Part shown: positions 32,901-42,480 of the stretch, piece by piece | How positions within the stretch are numbered: the stretch's first letter is position 1 | Layout: each line of letters begins with the position of its first letter | Origin: Kiritimatiellia bacterium | GTDB lineage: Bacteria; Verrucomicrobiota; Kiritimatiellia; JAAZAB01 | Assembly: GCA_040767085.1 (NCBI GenBank) | Contig: JAXGPF010000003.1 | Span: 64,001 to 128,000 of the forward strand | Direction of reading: 5' to 3' | DNA length: 64,000 nt | The notes under the pieces: generated by a model | What the model was told of the DNA's origin: nothing | Seen by the model: only the letters and a program-made list of their open reading frames with translations | Databases searched by the model: none | Position numbers and translations under genes: made by a program

Positions 32901-33159
32901 GATTCCTGCACGTGATCCCCAGATACAGCCAGGCATCGTCATACGCCAGCCGGACTTCCGTGTCGTCCGCGCGCCGGCCGTTTGCATCCTTGAAAACATG
33001 GAAATTTCCCAACGGCACGGCCTCCCGCCAGCAAGCCTCGTCCAGCCGGCCGTCCAGCGCCGGCGGCGCTTCCAGTTTTAAGGCCGCCGGCGGTTTACCG
33101 GCGCTTGCCTGGCCGCAAATCACCGCCATGCTAAAAATAAAAATTAAAGTTTTATGCAT
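29977..33159 (-). CDS. Paralog P3 (CBM9-like, TIM barrel, CBM-like)
   Basis: Near-identical to P1 over the N-terminal two thirds. Confidence 0.8.
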   Translation of the reverse strand: MHKTLIFIFSMAVICGQASAGKPPAALKLEAPPALDGRLDEACWREAVPLGNFHVFKDANGRRADDTEVRLAYDDAWLYLGITCRNPLQKHVLDPKTREHDGPVSEDESVELFFSSDGAGAAYYHFMLSCFNIKAEQRIINGSRERQTWNLPWRSAVAVADEGWSAETALPLYLFLEYGDLEYIRLNIVRNRRQPYVDASNVITHEDMEHSLWRPVTRSFHEPAAFGALAPLAPGKLRLPFLASLDRVDVRPYYTEGGTNYYRVEMELKGGNSATGAVEAAVIDRPVTGEETIVRERVELQGTRPVKLTVSVPVSAPAERSVTVEARDTASGEIWRQVLVETPAVLKVMQGWLDRNYYTTEKQAVAAAAIGIPESALKDLTVAVEVDGKTLATAPAAPETAVAFDLGGLAVGSYPVRIALRRNDGAPFAAVESELIKRAPKPGCEVKIDQVNRVVLKDGRPFFPIGLIMAGIKPDDEAAFKDIADAGCNTFFQWHKDLPAGDAVRYLARARQYGLQVVSLLETGWLPPKESGLVLPEKVLNEPELKEMLNLRRGGSLGMRGFLMRSAASRHPAPVKTDLFREYVNRNLPLAEQAVASVKDAENLLAYSTFDEPFDSRRFDMTRSLDAIYRLTHRTDGYHPVKVLYSSHIPAGSEYVTCGDILCTDPYWIPAGPAGRNSPNFVSKIVHWNDRRAEEFRKAVWVVPMAGYWSGCRKRGLTDAEQDCQNFLAVIHGARGLFWFSYQTLQAPSAARLKPAIDKVKVIGNMAVQPAVRQVAQYRAAAVAGGSRQEAHFAPEREIYPDVQAKIFRDLQTGELVLAAANSRYYPVTAEFAVTGLTGAVRRVFADKALPADGGVFRETLEPFAVRVYRLGPGLVEPVAWTITSAGPEKIPPAETAYPDNARMDRKNKFPNPSFEQISVPGNPDYFYNCQNWTMDDTGPAKFGRNCVKITKRTVAEPPWAWLTWPCDPQHEQPASYTWSFWAKGGKGSEKLWARHIPSGAATNIVVTADWQRYVVAGVVIPARHRGGQGDFGILLQTVGDVWVDGLQLEQGGQATEFEE

Positions 33160-33169
33160 TAGTCTTTTT

Positions 33170-33375
33170 CAGCAGCATCCCACAGGTAATAAAGAAAAAA
33201 TACATCGTCGGGGTCGAAATCGCTATCGCTATCGGGATCGATACCGATTTCGATACCGGTTCCGACCCCGCATAAAACCGGAACTTAACCCTGTTTTGCC
33301 GGGTACGCAATAGCTGAATTTATTAGTAAATACTGATGTTTTCTAGTTGAAAATTAGAACTATGGGATGACAGTG
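33170..33375. mobile_element. ~206-bp MITE-like element (CATCCCATAG-type ends)
   Basis: Ends cagcagcatcccacag / ctatgggatgacagtg; agtcttttt duplicated on both sides; internal 6-bp-period palindrome. Confidence 0.7.
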
Positions 33376-33603
33376 AGTCTTTTTCAAAACTCGCTCGATA
33401 TTAATGATTGGCCTGCACGCGACTTGGCAGGCGGGCGTTTGGCGGCCGTAGCTTTAGCGAAGGCGGGCGGCCACCGCACTCCCTCCGATCATCCGGTTCC
33501 TTGATAAATAATCCGCATCTTCTTTGTGGCTTGGTGGCATTAGCTTGCCTGCCGTAGTCTTGACGAAGGAGGGTGAGAGAATAAAACGGTTTTTCATGGA
33601 TTG

Positions 33604-35004
33604 CTAACGAATCGAAAACATCATCCCCTCGTACACATATTCATAACACCCCATGTCCACCAGGCGCGAGAACCGGTCCAGCCGCTGCCGGCCATCCAGA
33701 TCCACGCCGGCGGCCTCATTCATCCAGGGCTGGTTGGCGCCGGCATTGATGCAAAGCGACTCCTTACCCGGCCGGTATCCCACCAGCCCGGGATCCACCG
33801 AAAGATTATTAGTGGAATACTGGTTGATCATCGCGGCGGCGACCAGGGCGCCGCCGGCGGTGCAGCAATTCGAGAACGATACCGCGGTCGAACTGGCTTC
33901 AACCGACACATTGGAACCGCCGGCCGGTCCGGTATTTCCCCAGACGATGCAATTCTGCAAATAAGGATTGGCGCCCGCGATAATACTTACCCCGCCGCCA
34001 TGCGTGGCGTTGGTGTTGCCGATCACGGTGCAGTTCTGCAGCATCTTGTCGCCGGTGACGGCGCCGGACATGTAAACCCCGCCGCCCCGCCCCCCGGTAT
34101 TGCCGGAAAGCAGGCAATTGCGCACAGTCCCAACGCTCATGAAAACCCCGCCGCCATATTCCCCGGCGCCCGTGGCGTTGTCCCGGATGATGCAGTTGGC
34201 GATCACGCCGTTGGACAACAAGTAAGTGGTCCCATAACTGATCCCGCCGCCGCTCCGGGAACTGGTATTGGAGGCGATCAGGCAATCCGTCATCAGCGCA
34301 TAGCCGGAACTCGCCGGTCCAAATACAATCCCGCCGCCGGTACCGGATTGGGTGACATAGACATTGGTGATGGAAGCGTTGCCGACTATCTGGCAGTTGC
34401 TGATCAGGCAATACCCCTGGGGGGTATAGGAAGATATCCCCCCGCCGCCATTGGAGGTTACATTGCCGATGATCAAGGAATCCACCAAGGCGCCGTAAAC
34501 GGTCAATTCCAGCGCCACCCCGCCGCCGCCGTGGACGCCGACAGTATTGGTGGCAAACGCTCTGTTCCCGGAAATAATGCAGTTGGAGACCACGCCGGCT
34601 TGCATCCGCACCCCGCCACCGCCACCCGCGTACGCGCAGCCGTTGGTGATCGTAAAGGCCGAAATCACCGCGCCGGTGTGGTTGAGGTAAAAACAGCGGT
34701 TAGTGGTTAAGGGAAAATTGCCGTTGACGATCGTGTCGGCGGGATTGCCGCTGAACCCGCGGATATCCAACGCCTTGTTGACATAGATATACGCCGGGAC
34801 CGTATACGTGCCGTTGGACACCAGGATGGTGTCGTAATTCACCGCCTTGCCCACGGCGCTGCCGATGGTCAACAGGGCGTCACCCCAGCCGTTGGTGCCG
34901 GCGTTGGAGTCGGAACCATCCTCCGCCACGTAAAATGTCGCAGCCATGGCGCTGAACGCCAGCACCTGCATCGCTGCAACCAAACCCGCCAGGCGAATTT
35001 TCAT
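33604..35004 (-). CDS. Beta-helix/choice-of-anchor Q protein (paralog C)
   Basis: TFYV..DGSD.N.G..W, GGGV repeats, CINAG...DLDGRQR...VDMGCYE. Confidence 0.85.
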   Translation of the reverse strand: MKIRLAGLVAAMQVLAFSAMAATFYVAEDGSDSNAGTNGWGDALLTIGSAVGKAVNYDTILVSNGTYTVPAYIYVNKALDIRGFSGNPADTIVNGNFPLTTNRCFYLNHTGAVISAFTITNGCAYAGGGGGVRMQAGVVSNCIISGNRAFATNTVGVHGGGGVALELTVYGALVDSLIIGNVTSNGGGGISSYTPQGYCLISNCQIVGNASITNVYVTQSGTGGGIVFGPASSGYALMTDCLIASNTSSRSGGGISYGTTYLLSNGVIANCIIRDNATGAGEYGGGVFMSVGTVRNCLLSGNTGGRGGGVYMSGAVTGDKMLQNCTVIGNTNATHGGGVSIIAGANPYLQNCIVWGNTGPAGGSNVSVEASSTAVSFSNCCTAGGALVAAAMINQYSTNNLSVDPGLVGYRPGKESLCINAGANQPWMNEAAGVDLDGRQRLDRFSRLVDMGCYEYVYEGMMFSIR

Positions 35005-35087
35005 ACCCCCTCCTATCTTGATGTGTTCAGTATTCCGTGTTCGGCTGTAAAACCTTTAAAACTTGTAACATGTCCGCTGGCAAAGGG

Positions 35088-37100
35088 TCAAGCTCCGCCC
35101 GGTTTTCCGATTAACTCCTTGTACATCCCGATTTGCGTCTCAAGGACTTTCAGGCGTTTCTGGAAGGTGGCGTTTCCTACCAGGTTCAGACTCTGTCCGT
35201 AAGCGGTAATGCCTTCCATGTAATTGTCCCAGGCTTGGCTGATATCCGCTTTCATCTGCGCCAGTTCGCCCGACGCCGGCCGCGGCGCATCCGCTGCGCC
35301 CGGCATCCGCCGGGCATGCAATTCCAAAACCAGGCGCATGGCGGTCAAGTTGGCCTGGATCAGCCGGGTTTCATGAAGCGCCGCGGGCGCATCCGACGCT
35401 TCCGCCAGTTGCATGACAGCCGTACACTCCGCCCATTGCCGGTCAATCTCTGATCGCACCGGGCTGCCCGCCGGCAGCGGCTTACCATCCCCCGCCGCCG
35501 CCAGGATTTTTTCCCACCCGGGCGACCTTTCATACAGCCGGACCGCCTTGGCCAGCGGCTCAAAGGCGGCAAACCAATCGCCAAACTTTTCCGGACTGGC
35601 CAGACCGCGCCGGGTGGCCCAGGCGGCCGCCAGTTCCCGCGGGCCGCGCCCCCGGGCATTCCAGGTCCATTCCGCCAGAGTGTGATACTGGAAGTCGCCC
35701 CAGACTTGCGAAAACTCCGCATTATTCCGCGCGTCCAGGCAGACTACGCCGCTGTAATGTTTTGACAATAAATTGCTGATGGAATGGCGCATATCGGATC
35801 CCAGGTCAAAGCGCGACCAGGTCCGGTTCAAAAAAAGGCCGTCATAACTCGCCACCCAGCCGCCCTTGGCCGCATAATCCAAAATCGGCTGCTTGGGTGA
35901 GTAATGCGCTTCCACCCGGATGCCCTCCGGCGGAATCATGGCCAGGCATTCTTCGAGAGCCTTGACGTAATGGTCTTCCATCCGCAGGAATGTAAAACAT
36001 ATCCGCCCTGTAAAAGCCGGGTGTTTTTCCCGGGCCCGCATCAAGGCCGCCACGCTGGCCTGCGTTTCCAACTGGAATTGGCGTGGCCCATCGCGCAGGC
36101 ATTCGGCGCAGCCGCACTGCTGCGGGGTGAATTCGGACAGCCAGATGCTCAACTCCGGCACACCCTGCTCCGCTGCATCCTGCACCATTTCGTCCATCAC
36201 CCGGGCAAAGCCGGGATGCGACGCGCACGGGGCGCGGCATTGTTCGAATTGGTTCGGGCTGGGATACAGTTTGGCCATGTGGTGGAGCGCCGAATCGCCC
36301 TGGCCCACCAACTCCGGGTAGGCATTAGTGAATCCGAACTGCCAGAAATAATCCGGATGCGGCGTATGCGGCAGGAGCAGGAAAGCGCGCAGCGCGGCCG
36401 CCCGAATTTGATCCAACGGTATTTGCCCGGGGGGGAAAGACACCGGCATGTCTTTTTTAAAAGCGGGCCGGGGCCAGCAAATGGTCAGGTTCAACTTCAG
36501 GGCCGCCATCCAGGGGATGAAGCCCGGGGCGGCATATTCTATGTTCCACGGCCCGCGCTCGTCCATATCCGGCCAGTCGGTGATCTCCGCCAGGGGCACC
36601 ACCGCCGCCCCGGGCTCCGTCCGCGCCAGCAGCAATTGCGATAAGGTCTGCACCGCGTAAAACACGCCCTTATCATGCCACCCGGCCGCCAGCAACCCAT
36701 TCGTCCCGGCCGGACGGATCAGGTAAGCCTGGTCGGGGTACCGTGTCTGCTTCAGCCGGTCAGCCCCGGTCACGGCTTGGCCATTGAGCCGCCCTTGTGC
36801 ATCCAGGCGTCCGATCTGGATCACAAAATCCGCGCCGGTAGGCGCCTGACCGCTCCGGGCCTGGTAAGCCGCGCGCAATTCGTTGACCGCCTCCACAACC
36901 ATGGCGGAGGCGTCGGGCGCCGTGGCCAGGCCGAGTTGGCCTGGCGCCAGCCGGGCCTCCCCGGACACGGCCAGTTCCTGCGGCAGCGGAATGAGATAAT
37001 CCGACCAGCGGATACCGCCTACCGGTTGATCCTGCGCCAGGACAGGTATCATTCCGGCCAGCAAACCGGCGGCCGAAATCAAAATTCTTTTTGTATGCAT
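35088..37100 (-). CDS. GH20 zincin-like domain protein, paralog of 17774-19819
   Basis: WSDYLIPLPQE, DWPDMDERG, CGCAEC..DGPRQFQ.ETQASVAA, FQY..LAEWTWNA. Confidence 0.8.
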   Translation of the reverse strand: MHTKRILISAAGLLAGMIPVLAQDQPVGGIRWSDYLIPLPQELAVSGEARLAPGQLGLATAPDASAMVVEAVNELRAAYQARSGQAPTGADFVIQIGRLDAQGRLNGQAVTGADRLKQTRYPDQAYLIRPAGTNGLLAAGWHDKGVFYAVQTLSQLLLARTEPGAAVVPLAEITDWPDMDERGPWNIEYAAPGFIPWMAALKLNLTICWPRPAFKKDMPVSFPPGQIPLDQIRAAALRAFLLLPHTPHPDYFWQFGFTNAYPELVGQGDSALHHMAKLYPSPNQFEQCRAPCASHPGFARVMDEMVQDAAEQGVPELSIWLSEFTPQQCGCAECLRDGPRQFQLETQASVAALMRAREKHPAFTGRICFTFLRMEDHYVKALEECLAMIPPEGIRVEAHYSPKQPILDYAAKGGWVASYDGLFLNRTWSRFDLGSDMRHSISNLLSKHYSGVVCLDARNNAEFSQVWGDFQYHTLAEWTWNARGRGPRELAAAWATRRGLASPEKFGDWFAAFEPLAKAVRLYERSPGWEKILAAAGDGKPLPAGSPVRSEIDRQWAECTAVMQLAEASDAPAALHETRLIQANLTAMRLVLELHARRMPGAADAPRPASGELAQMKADISQAWDNYMEGITAYGQSLNLVGNATFQKRLKVLETQIGMYKELIGKPGGA

Positions 37101-37153
37101 ATTCTGACTATTGACTACTGGGTGCTGAATTCTGCCTCGAAAAGTTTCCATTT

Positions 37154-37273
37154 GAGCCAATTGCAAAAGTCCTGACAAAAAGGTCGGGGTGAAACCCGAC
37201 CCTCCAAAAACGGGGTGATTTTGCATTTTGGAGGGACGACTTCCACTTCGTCCGAGACTTTTGAAACTGGCTC
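37154..37273. mobile_element. 120-bp MITE, copy 1
   Basis: IRs GAGCCAATTGCAAAAGTC / GACTTTTGAAACTGGCTC; 4-bp TSD ATTT; inverted near-identical copy at 42361-42480. Confidence 0.88.
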
Positions 37274-37275
37274 AT

Positions 37276-40200
37276 TTATGGCTCGAATTCCGTCGGCGCC
37301 GATCCTTTCTCCAACTGCATGGCGTCCACCCAGACGGTGCCGTGCCCCCGCAATTGAAATTCCAGCCCGCACTTCCGGTAGGCGTTGGCCGGAATCGGCC
37401 CGGTTACCGAATACCGCTGCCACTCCCTGGTAACCTTCACCGTTTTCCATGCCTTAATCCATTTGTTCCCATCCCATTCCTTCATCCAGTGGCTGCCGAA
37501 CAAGACCGGCAAACCGTCGGTGTCGCCTTTCATGTAAATTGACCAGGTATAGGTTTCGGGCTGGGGATTTTGCGGCGCGCTGGCTACCAGGAATCCCGTG
37601 TAAGTGAGGGGACCGTCATCTTTACGATTGATAAGCTGCAAACATACCCGGCCATGGTAGGGATCTTTTTCCACTAGCGTCATGTTCGAGTTTTCATAAC
37701 CGATGACCGCATTCCCCGCCGGGATGAGATAGTCCGGCAAGCCCGGCAGGGTCGCTTCTTCAAAACTGGGGTTGGGCGCGACATTCTTCATGCCCGTGCG
37801 CCCAAAATAATCCACGGTCGGCGAGCGGGCCGGCGGCGGCGGCGTGGTTTCGTCCGGCGCGCTCCGGACCAGGATTTTCACCGGGCCGTCCTGTTTCAAG
37901 CCCGCCCCCAGGTTGTAGGCCCGGACGCCGAACGGCTCCAGGCGGTCGCTGAACGTCCCGCCGGACACCGTGCAAGTCACATTCGTGAACATGCGCTGGA
38001 CCACGCCGGATGCCGGCAGGCCGGATATGGTAAAATCAACCTGCGCCTGCCGCTCCAGGGTATTCGCGGCCAACAGCACTGTCCCGCCGGCCGGGTAACG
38101 GAACAACGCCGCCTGCACTGCCGGGAAAAGGTCTTTCTCCGGAACGAATTCCAAGGGGCTGTAGGCGATTTCCTGGGGCACGGGCGGTGCCAGCAGCGCC
38201 GGCGTCAGCACATTCAATTGTTCGACAAACGTCCGGATGGCATCCACCAGCAATTTGTGCTGCGGATAGCGGTAATATCCCAGGCCGCGCGCGCCATGGA
38301 TAATGGCCAGATAACTCTGGCACATCTGTTCCGCCGGCGTCGGCAGCCGCCGGTGGGTGGCCGACCAGTTGCTGCCCATGAGCGTAATCCAGGTCATTTT
38401 CCGCGCGGCATCCGCGCGTTGCCGGGTTTGCCGGACGATTTTCGACACGAAATTGACCGTGTTGCGGTCTTTCAGCGTGCCGTCCGGAATCCAGTACGGG
38501 TCGGTGCATAAAATGTCACACCAATCCGTCGCCTCCGCTCCCGGTGGAATGTGCGAGGAATACAGCGCCATCGTCGGGTGGTAACCGTCGGCCTCGTTGG
38601 TTTTCTTGTACAAATCCCGCCCCTGGACGAACATGTCGAATCCCGCGAACCCGGGCTCATCGAATGTTTCATAGGCCAGCATGCGGGGATGGTCCATTAC
38701 CGCCCGGATGCCCGCCAGGTATTCCGGCAAACTCGCCTGGTAAAAACTTTCATAAATGGCGTTGCGCTGCGCGCGGGTCAATTTTTTAAACGCTGGCCGG
38801 CTGTAATAATTCAGAGTGCTTTGCAGATCGTTGGCTGTGTAAAGCTCATCCGCCTGTTTGAGTTCGTCTTCCTCCAGATATGCGGATAAACCCGTGATTT
38901 TTTTCCGGGTCTCGGTCGTTTCAATAATATGCATCAAATACAAATCCAGTTCCGCCGCCAGCGCCAAAAACTCCGGCAGGCGCTCCGCGGCATTCCATGC
39001 AGCATATACATTGATGCCGGCAGCCTTGGCGGCGCGCATAAGGTGGGGAGTGCATTCGGCATAAATCCCCACCGGGAAAAAAGGCTGCCCGTCTTTTAAG
39101 AGGATGCCGTTACGCTGGTCAATTTTCCATTCATGGCCGGGCTTGGGCGCGCGTTTGGTCAGCCGGAGCGCCTTTTGAAACAGCGCCTGCCGCCCGGTGC
39201 GATCTTCCAGGACCAGTTCCAGCGCGCTTTCTCCCGGCGGCAGCCTCCCGAGTTCCACCTGGAAAAGATTTTCACCGGCAATGCGCTCCGCCAGGAACAG
39301 TTCGTTGGAGGCAGCGTCCCGCACCACCGCCTGCAACCCCGCCAGCGTTGCCGCGGGCAGCGTCACCCGGCATGCCAGACCGGCATGTTCTTCGGCAGTG
39401 TAATAATTGCGGTCGAAATAAGCGTCCAGCGGCGTCAATTGCTCCAGCCCGGTCAAGGCTGCCTGTTCTACCGTGCCCTTGGTGAAAGAATCCCGCAAGA
39501 TCACAGCCGCATCCCGCCGGCCCATGGCCGCCACCGGCACCGAAAGCCTGACATTCGACTGCCGGCCCGGCGCGACTCCCTGGCGGGTCGCGGCGACTTC
39601 CACCGGCGCGCCTTCCGCCGGCAAGTCCCGCACCGCGACATCGGCATACTCGCCGTTGGTGCCGCCGCACGAGATTTTGGCGAAGACATCGTAAAAAGTC
39701 CCCTCATCGTTGACATAAAAACTCTCGACCTTGACGTCATCCAGCTTCAGCCGGCAGCCCGGCTGGACGGCCAACCCTTCCAATCCGCGCAGTTCGCCAA
39801 ACGCTTCCGGCTCGTGAAAGGAATCCCGCACCGGGAACAGAGTGCTGGATTCACGCTTCTCGCCCAAACGCACGCCCTGCGAGTCGAATTCCGGAATCAT
39901 TTTCGTCCGGGTGATGTTGAAACTGAGCTGGCCGACCTTGCCCTGCTCCGACAACAGCTCCAGCGGGATGGCGATTTCCGCCGTCCATCCCCGTTCATGC
40001 TTCACCGCCGATGACAGCCAGACCGGGTTCCAACTCCGCTCCCTTTGCGATGCCGACCCGCTCCCGGCTGCCTTCTGCTCGGCCTTGATATTGTCGCAGT
40101 TCAGCATGAAATGGCAGTAATGATGCCGGGCGGGATCGGACGAAATAAAGATTTCCACCGAATCGTCGTTGCACACCGCCCCGTCACGGGTCTTCACCGT

Positions 40201-40494
40201 ATTCCGGTCAAACCCCGATTCCAGGTTGACGCATTCCACGCCGAAATACAGCCACTTGTCGTCGAATGTGATCTTAACCCGCGTATCATCGGTGGTGCGG
40301 CCCGCCTCACCATGAACCGTAAACGCGCCCAGCGGCTCGATCCTACCCCAGAATGGATCCCCCAGTTTGCCGTCCATGTGCAGGGCGTTCCAATTCGGCT
40401 GCCGCTTGAAGCGCACCGCTTCCACCGCCGGCCCCGCCACCGCCACGCTCATCAATCCCGCCATCAACAAGATGCCCGCCAGAATTTTCTGCAT
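37276..40494 (-). CDS. Paralog P4 (most divergent)
   Basis: DGKL.D..W, DDSVEIF, KRAPKPG.E.KIDQ, FDEP, TDPYWIP, AIIHGARGL, NPSFEE, DAMQLEKG. Confidence 0.8.
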   Translation of the reverse strand: MQKILAGILLMAGLMSVAVAGPAVEAVRFKRQPNWNALHMDGKLGDPFWGRIEPLGAFTVHGEAGRTTDDTRVKITFDDKWLYFGVECVNLESGFDRNTVKTRDGAVCNDDSVEIFISSDPARHHYCHFMLNCDNIKAEQKAAGSGSASQRERSWNPVWLSSAVKHERGWTAEIAIPLELLSEQGKVGQLSFNITRTKMIPEFDSQGVRLGEKRESSTLFPVRDSFHEPEAFGELRGLEGLAVQPGCRLKLDDVKVESFYVNDEGTFYDVFAKISCGGTNGEYADVAVRDLPAEGAPVEVAATRQGVAPGRQSNVRLSVPVAAMGRRDAAVILRDSFTKGTVEQAALTGLEQLTPLDAYFDRNYYTAEEHAGLACRVTLPAATLAGLQAVVRDAASNELFLAERIAGENLFQVELGRLPPGESALELVLEDRTGRQALFQKALRLTKRAPKPGHEWKIDQRNGILLKDGQPFFPVGIYAECTPHLMRAAKAAGINVYAAWNAAERLPEFLALAAELDLYLMHIIETTETRKKITGLSAYLEEDELKQADELYTANDLQSTLNYYSRPAFKKLTRAQRNAIYESFYQASLPEYLAGIRAVMDHPRMLAYETFDEPGFAGFDMFVQGRDLYKKTNEADGYHPTMALYSSHIPPGAEATDWCDILCTDPYWIPDGTLKDRNTVNFVSKIVRQTRQRADAARKMTWITLMGSNWSATHRRLPTPAEQMCQSYLAIIHGARGLGYYRYPQHKLLVDAIRTFVEQLNVLTPALLAPPVPQEIAYSPLEFVPEKDLFPAVQAALFRYPAGGTVLLAANTLERQAQVDFTISGLPASGVVQRMFTNVTCTVSGGTFSDRLEPFGVRAYNLGAGLKQDGPVKILVRSAPDETTPPPPARSPTVDYFGRTGMKNVAPNPSFEEATLPGLPDYLIPAGNAVIGYENSNMTLVEKDPYHGRVCLQLINRKDDGPLTYTGFLVASAPQNPQPETYTWSIYMKGDTDGLPVLFGSHWMKEWDGNKWIKAWKTVKVTREWQRYSVTGPIPANAYRKCGLEFQLRGHGTVWVDAMQLEKGSAPTEFEP

Positions 40495-40572
40495 GCGTTT
40501 TCTCCCTCCTGTCATCTGTCTGATTTCATCATGTGTTGCCTGCCGCGCCGGTCATCCCCTGCCCGTGTTAAT

Positions 40573-41379
40573 TCACCGCCAGGCCGTCGTGCCGTAGAAC
40601 CAATCGGTATAACTCTTGATCCATTGAATCTGTTCGCGGTGATCCTCCCGGTCAAACCAGCCGTTCTGCAGGATGACGCAACCCTGGACGGCGGTGGCCC
40701 TTAAAAGCTCCAGTCCCTTTTTCCACTGCGCCTGCGCGACCGCCATTGATATCGGCTCTTCCGTGGTGCGCCAGGTTTCGCCGTAGTTGTGCGCAAATAA
40801 CCCCAGCAGGACGGGTTTTTTGGCGGTCAGTTTCTTGAGCTTCACGATTTCGTAGTAGCACTGCGCCCGCCAGAAATCCTCGGTGGAAATCCAGGCCCAG
40901 AGATTGATGCCGTCAAAACAGTCCAGGTAGGGAACCAATTCCTGCTGATCCTGAAAAGTGTACCGCACCAGATACAGCTTTAAATCCGGATTGTAGCGCT
41001 GCAAGGCCGCCCGGGCTTTTTTAATTTCTTCCGGGCGGCTGGCATCGTCGCAATTGGCGCTGAGAAAATCGTCAATGATCGCGCCCCTGAGGTTCGGATG
41101 CCGGCGGGCGAATTCGGCGATTTTAGCGGCGGACCCGGCATACTCGCCATGCTTGCAGGCGCATAGCACATTCTCGTACCCGGCAATATGCTGGAACAAT
41201 CCATCGTCCAGCGCCGCCAGGTCATGCATGGAATTCATGTAAACCACGCTGCCGGCGTCCAGGTAATCGGCGGCGGTTTCCAGGCTGCAATAAGTCCGGC
41301 CGGGAACGAATGGCGCCTCCCCGGGAATCTTGTCAAGCACATACCCCCACACCCATAATCCTTTTTTCATGTCAAGCAT
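40573..41379 (-). CDS. Hypothetical TIM-barrel-like protein, paralog of 42535-43368
   Basis: LWVWG, GAIIDDF, DGINLWAW, NYGE. Confidence 0.7.
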   Translation of the reverse strand: MLDMKKGLWVWGYVLDKIPGEAPFVPGRTYCSLETAADYLDAGSVVYMNSMHDLAALDDGLFQHIAGYENVLCACKHGEYAGSAAKIAEFARRHPNLRGAIIDDFLSANCDDASRPEEIKKARAALQRYNPDLKLYLVRYTFQDQQELVPYLDCFDGINLWAWISTEDFWRAQCYYEIVKLKKLTAKKPVLLGLFAHNYGETWRTTEEPISMAVAQAQWKKGLELLRATAVQGCVILQNGWFDREDHREQIQWIKSYTDWFYGTTAWR

Positions 41380-41436
41380 CCGTCTTCTTTGTGCCTTCGC
41401 GCCTTCGTGTGAAAATAAAACGGCTTTCCAAGGGAG

Positions 41437-42273
41437 CTATTGATTTTGGAATATTTCTTCTTGCCCGGCAGCGACATCTAATCCGATCAGGCGCGCGGCG
41501 GTGCCGCCCAGGATTTTGTCCCGGTCCGCCGCGGCGATCGGCAGCTGCCGGATGATTTCCAGGGCAAACCGCGCCTGCAGCGGACCCTGCAGCGGCATGT
41601 CCGTGCCGAAAACTATCCGGTCCGCCCCGGCCAACTCCACCATCCGCTCCATCACGCCCGGATAGACGTACATCAGGAAATGCGCCGTATCCACGTACAC
41701 GTTCGGCAATTGCATATCCATGACCCGTTCCAGTCCTTCCAGGTTCGGGAAATACGGGTATAATCCGTTCTGGTAAATCCCGGCCATGTGCGCCAGCACG
41801 AAATTCGTCCGCGGATGCCGCGCGGCGAACTCGGCCACTTTGACCGCGGCGGCGAATCCCGTGCCGGGCATGCAGGACACATGCGACAGGATCAGCGGCG
41901 TCTGCCCGGCGACTTCATCCAGAAATCCGCGGGCGCGGGCCGAGGCAATGTCATACCCGTGGTAATCGGGATGGATTTTCACCCCGATGAATTTTTTGCC
42001 CTCGTTGCCCCGGCGCAATAAATCCAAATCCCGGATGGAATCCGGGAAAACCGGATTGACGGTGACGTATCCCCGCAGTTTCTTGGCCGTCGGCAGGGCC
42101 GCCGCCAGGTCGGCATTGCCCTCGCGGGCGTCATACATGATGGATTTTGAAGAAGTAACGCAGAGGATGTCAACGCCGGCCTGTTCCAGGTAATCCTCCA
42201 GGGTCGCCGCGTCGGCCGCCCAGAATGGCGCCTGGTTGATATTGCCCAAATGGCCGTGTATGTCAATAATCAT
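41437..42273 (-). CDS. Amidohydrolase_2-family protein
   Basis: IDIHGH, GVKIHP, LAHM, VYVDT, FGTDMP. Confidence 0.9.
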   Translation of the reverse strand: MIIDIHGHLGNINQAPFWAADAATLEDYLEQAGVDILCVTSSKSIMYDAREGNADLAAALPTAKKLRGYVTVNPVFPDSIRDLDLLRRGNEGKKFIGVKIHPDYHGYDIASARARGFLDEVAGQTPLILSHVSCMPGTGFAAAVKVAEFAARHPRTNFVLAHMAGIYQNGLYPYFPNLEGLERVMDMQLPNVYVDTAHFLMYVYPGVMERMVELAGADRIVFGTDMPLQGPLQARFALEIIRQLPIAAADRDKILGGTAARLIGLDVAAGQEEIFQNQ

Positions 42274-42360
42274 ATTTTCTCCGCTTATTCCCCCTGAATC
42301 TCTTCCCCATGCTCACATCCGTGTCCTCGGTGTCATCCGTGGTAAATATTCTTTACCGTA

Positions 42361-42480
42361 GAGTCAGTTTCAAAAGTCTCGGACGACGTGGAAGTCGTCC
42401 CTCCAAAATGCAAAATCACTCCATTTTTGGAGGGTCGGGTTTCACCCCGACCTTTTTGTCAGGACTTTTGAAATTGGCTC
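42361..42480. mobile_element. 120-bp MITE, copy 2 (inverted)
   Basis: Same IRs; 4-bp TSD CGTA at 42357-42360 and 42481-42484. Confidence 0.88.

Noticed and set aside
11200-33159. DGR-like diversification of the P paralogs
   Set aside because: No intact reverse transcriptase and no short TR/VR pair with adenine-specific differences was seen; similarity spans whole domains.
37154-42480. Composite transposon or invertible segment bounded by the inverted 120-bp copies
   Set aside because: Each copy has its own distinct TSD, so they are separate insertions and the segment has not inverted.
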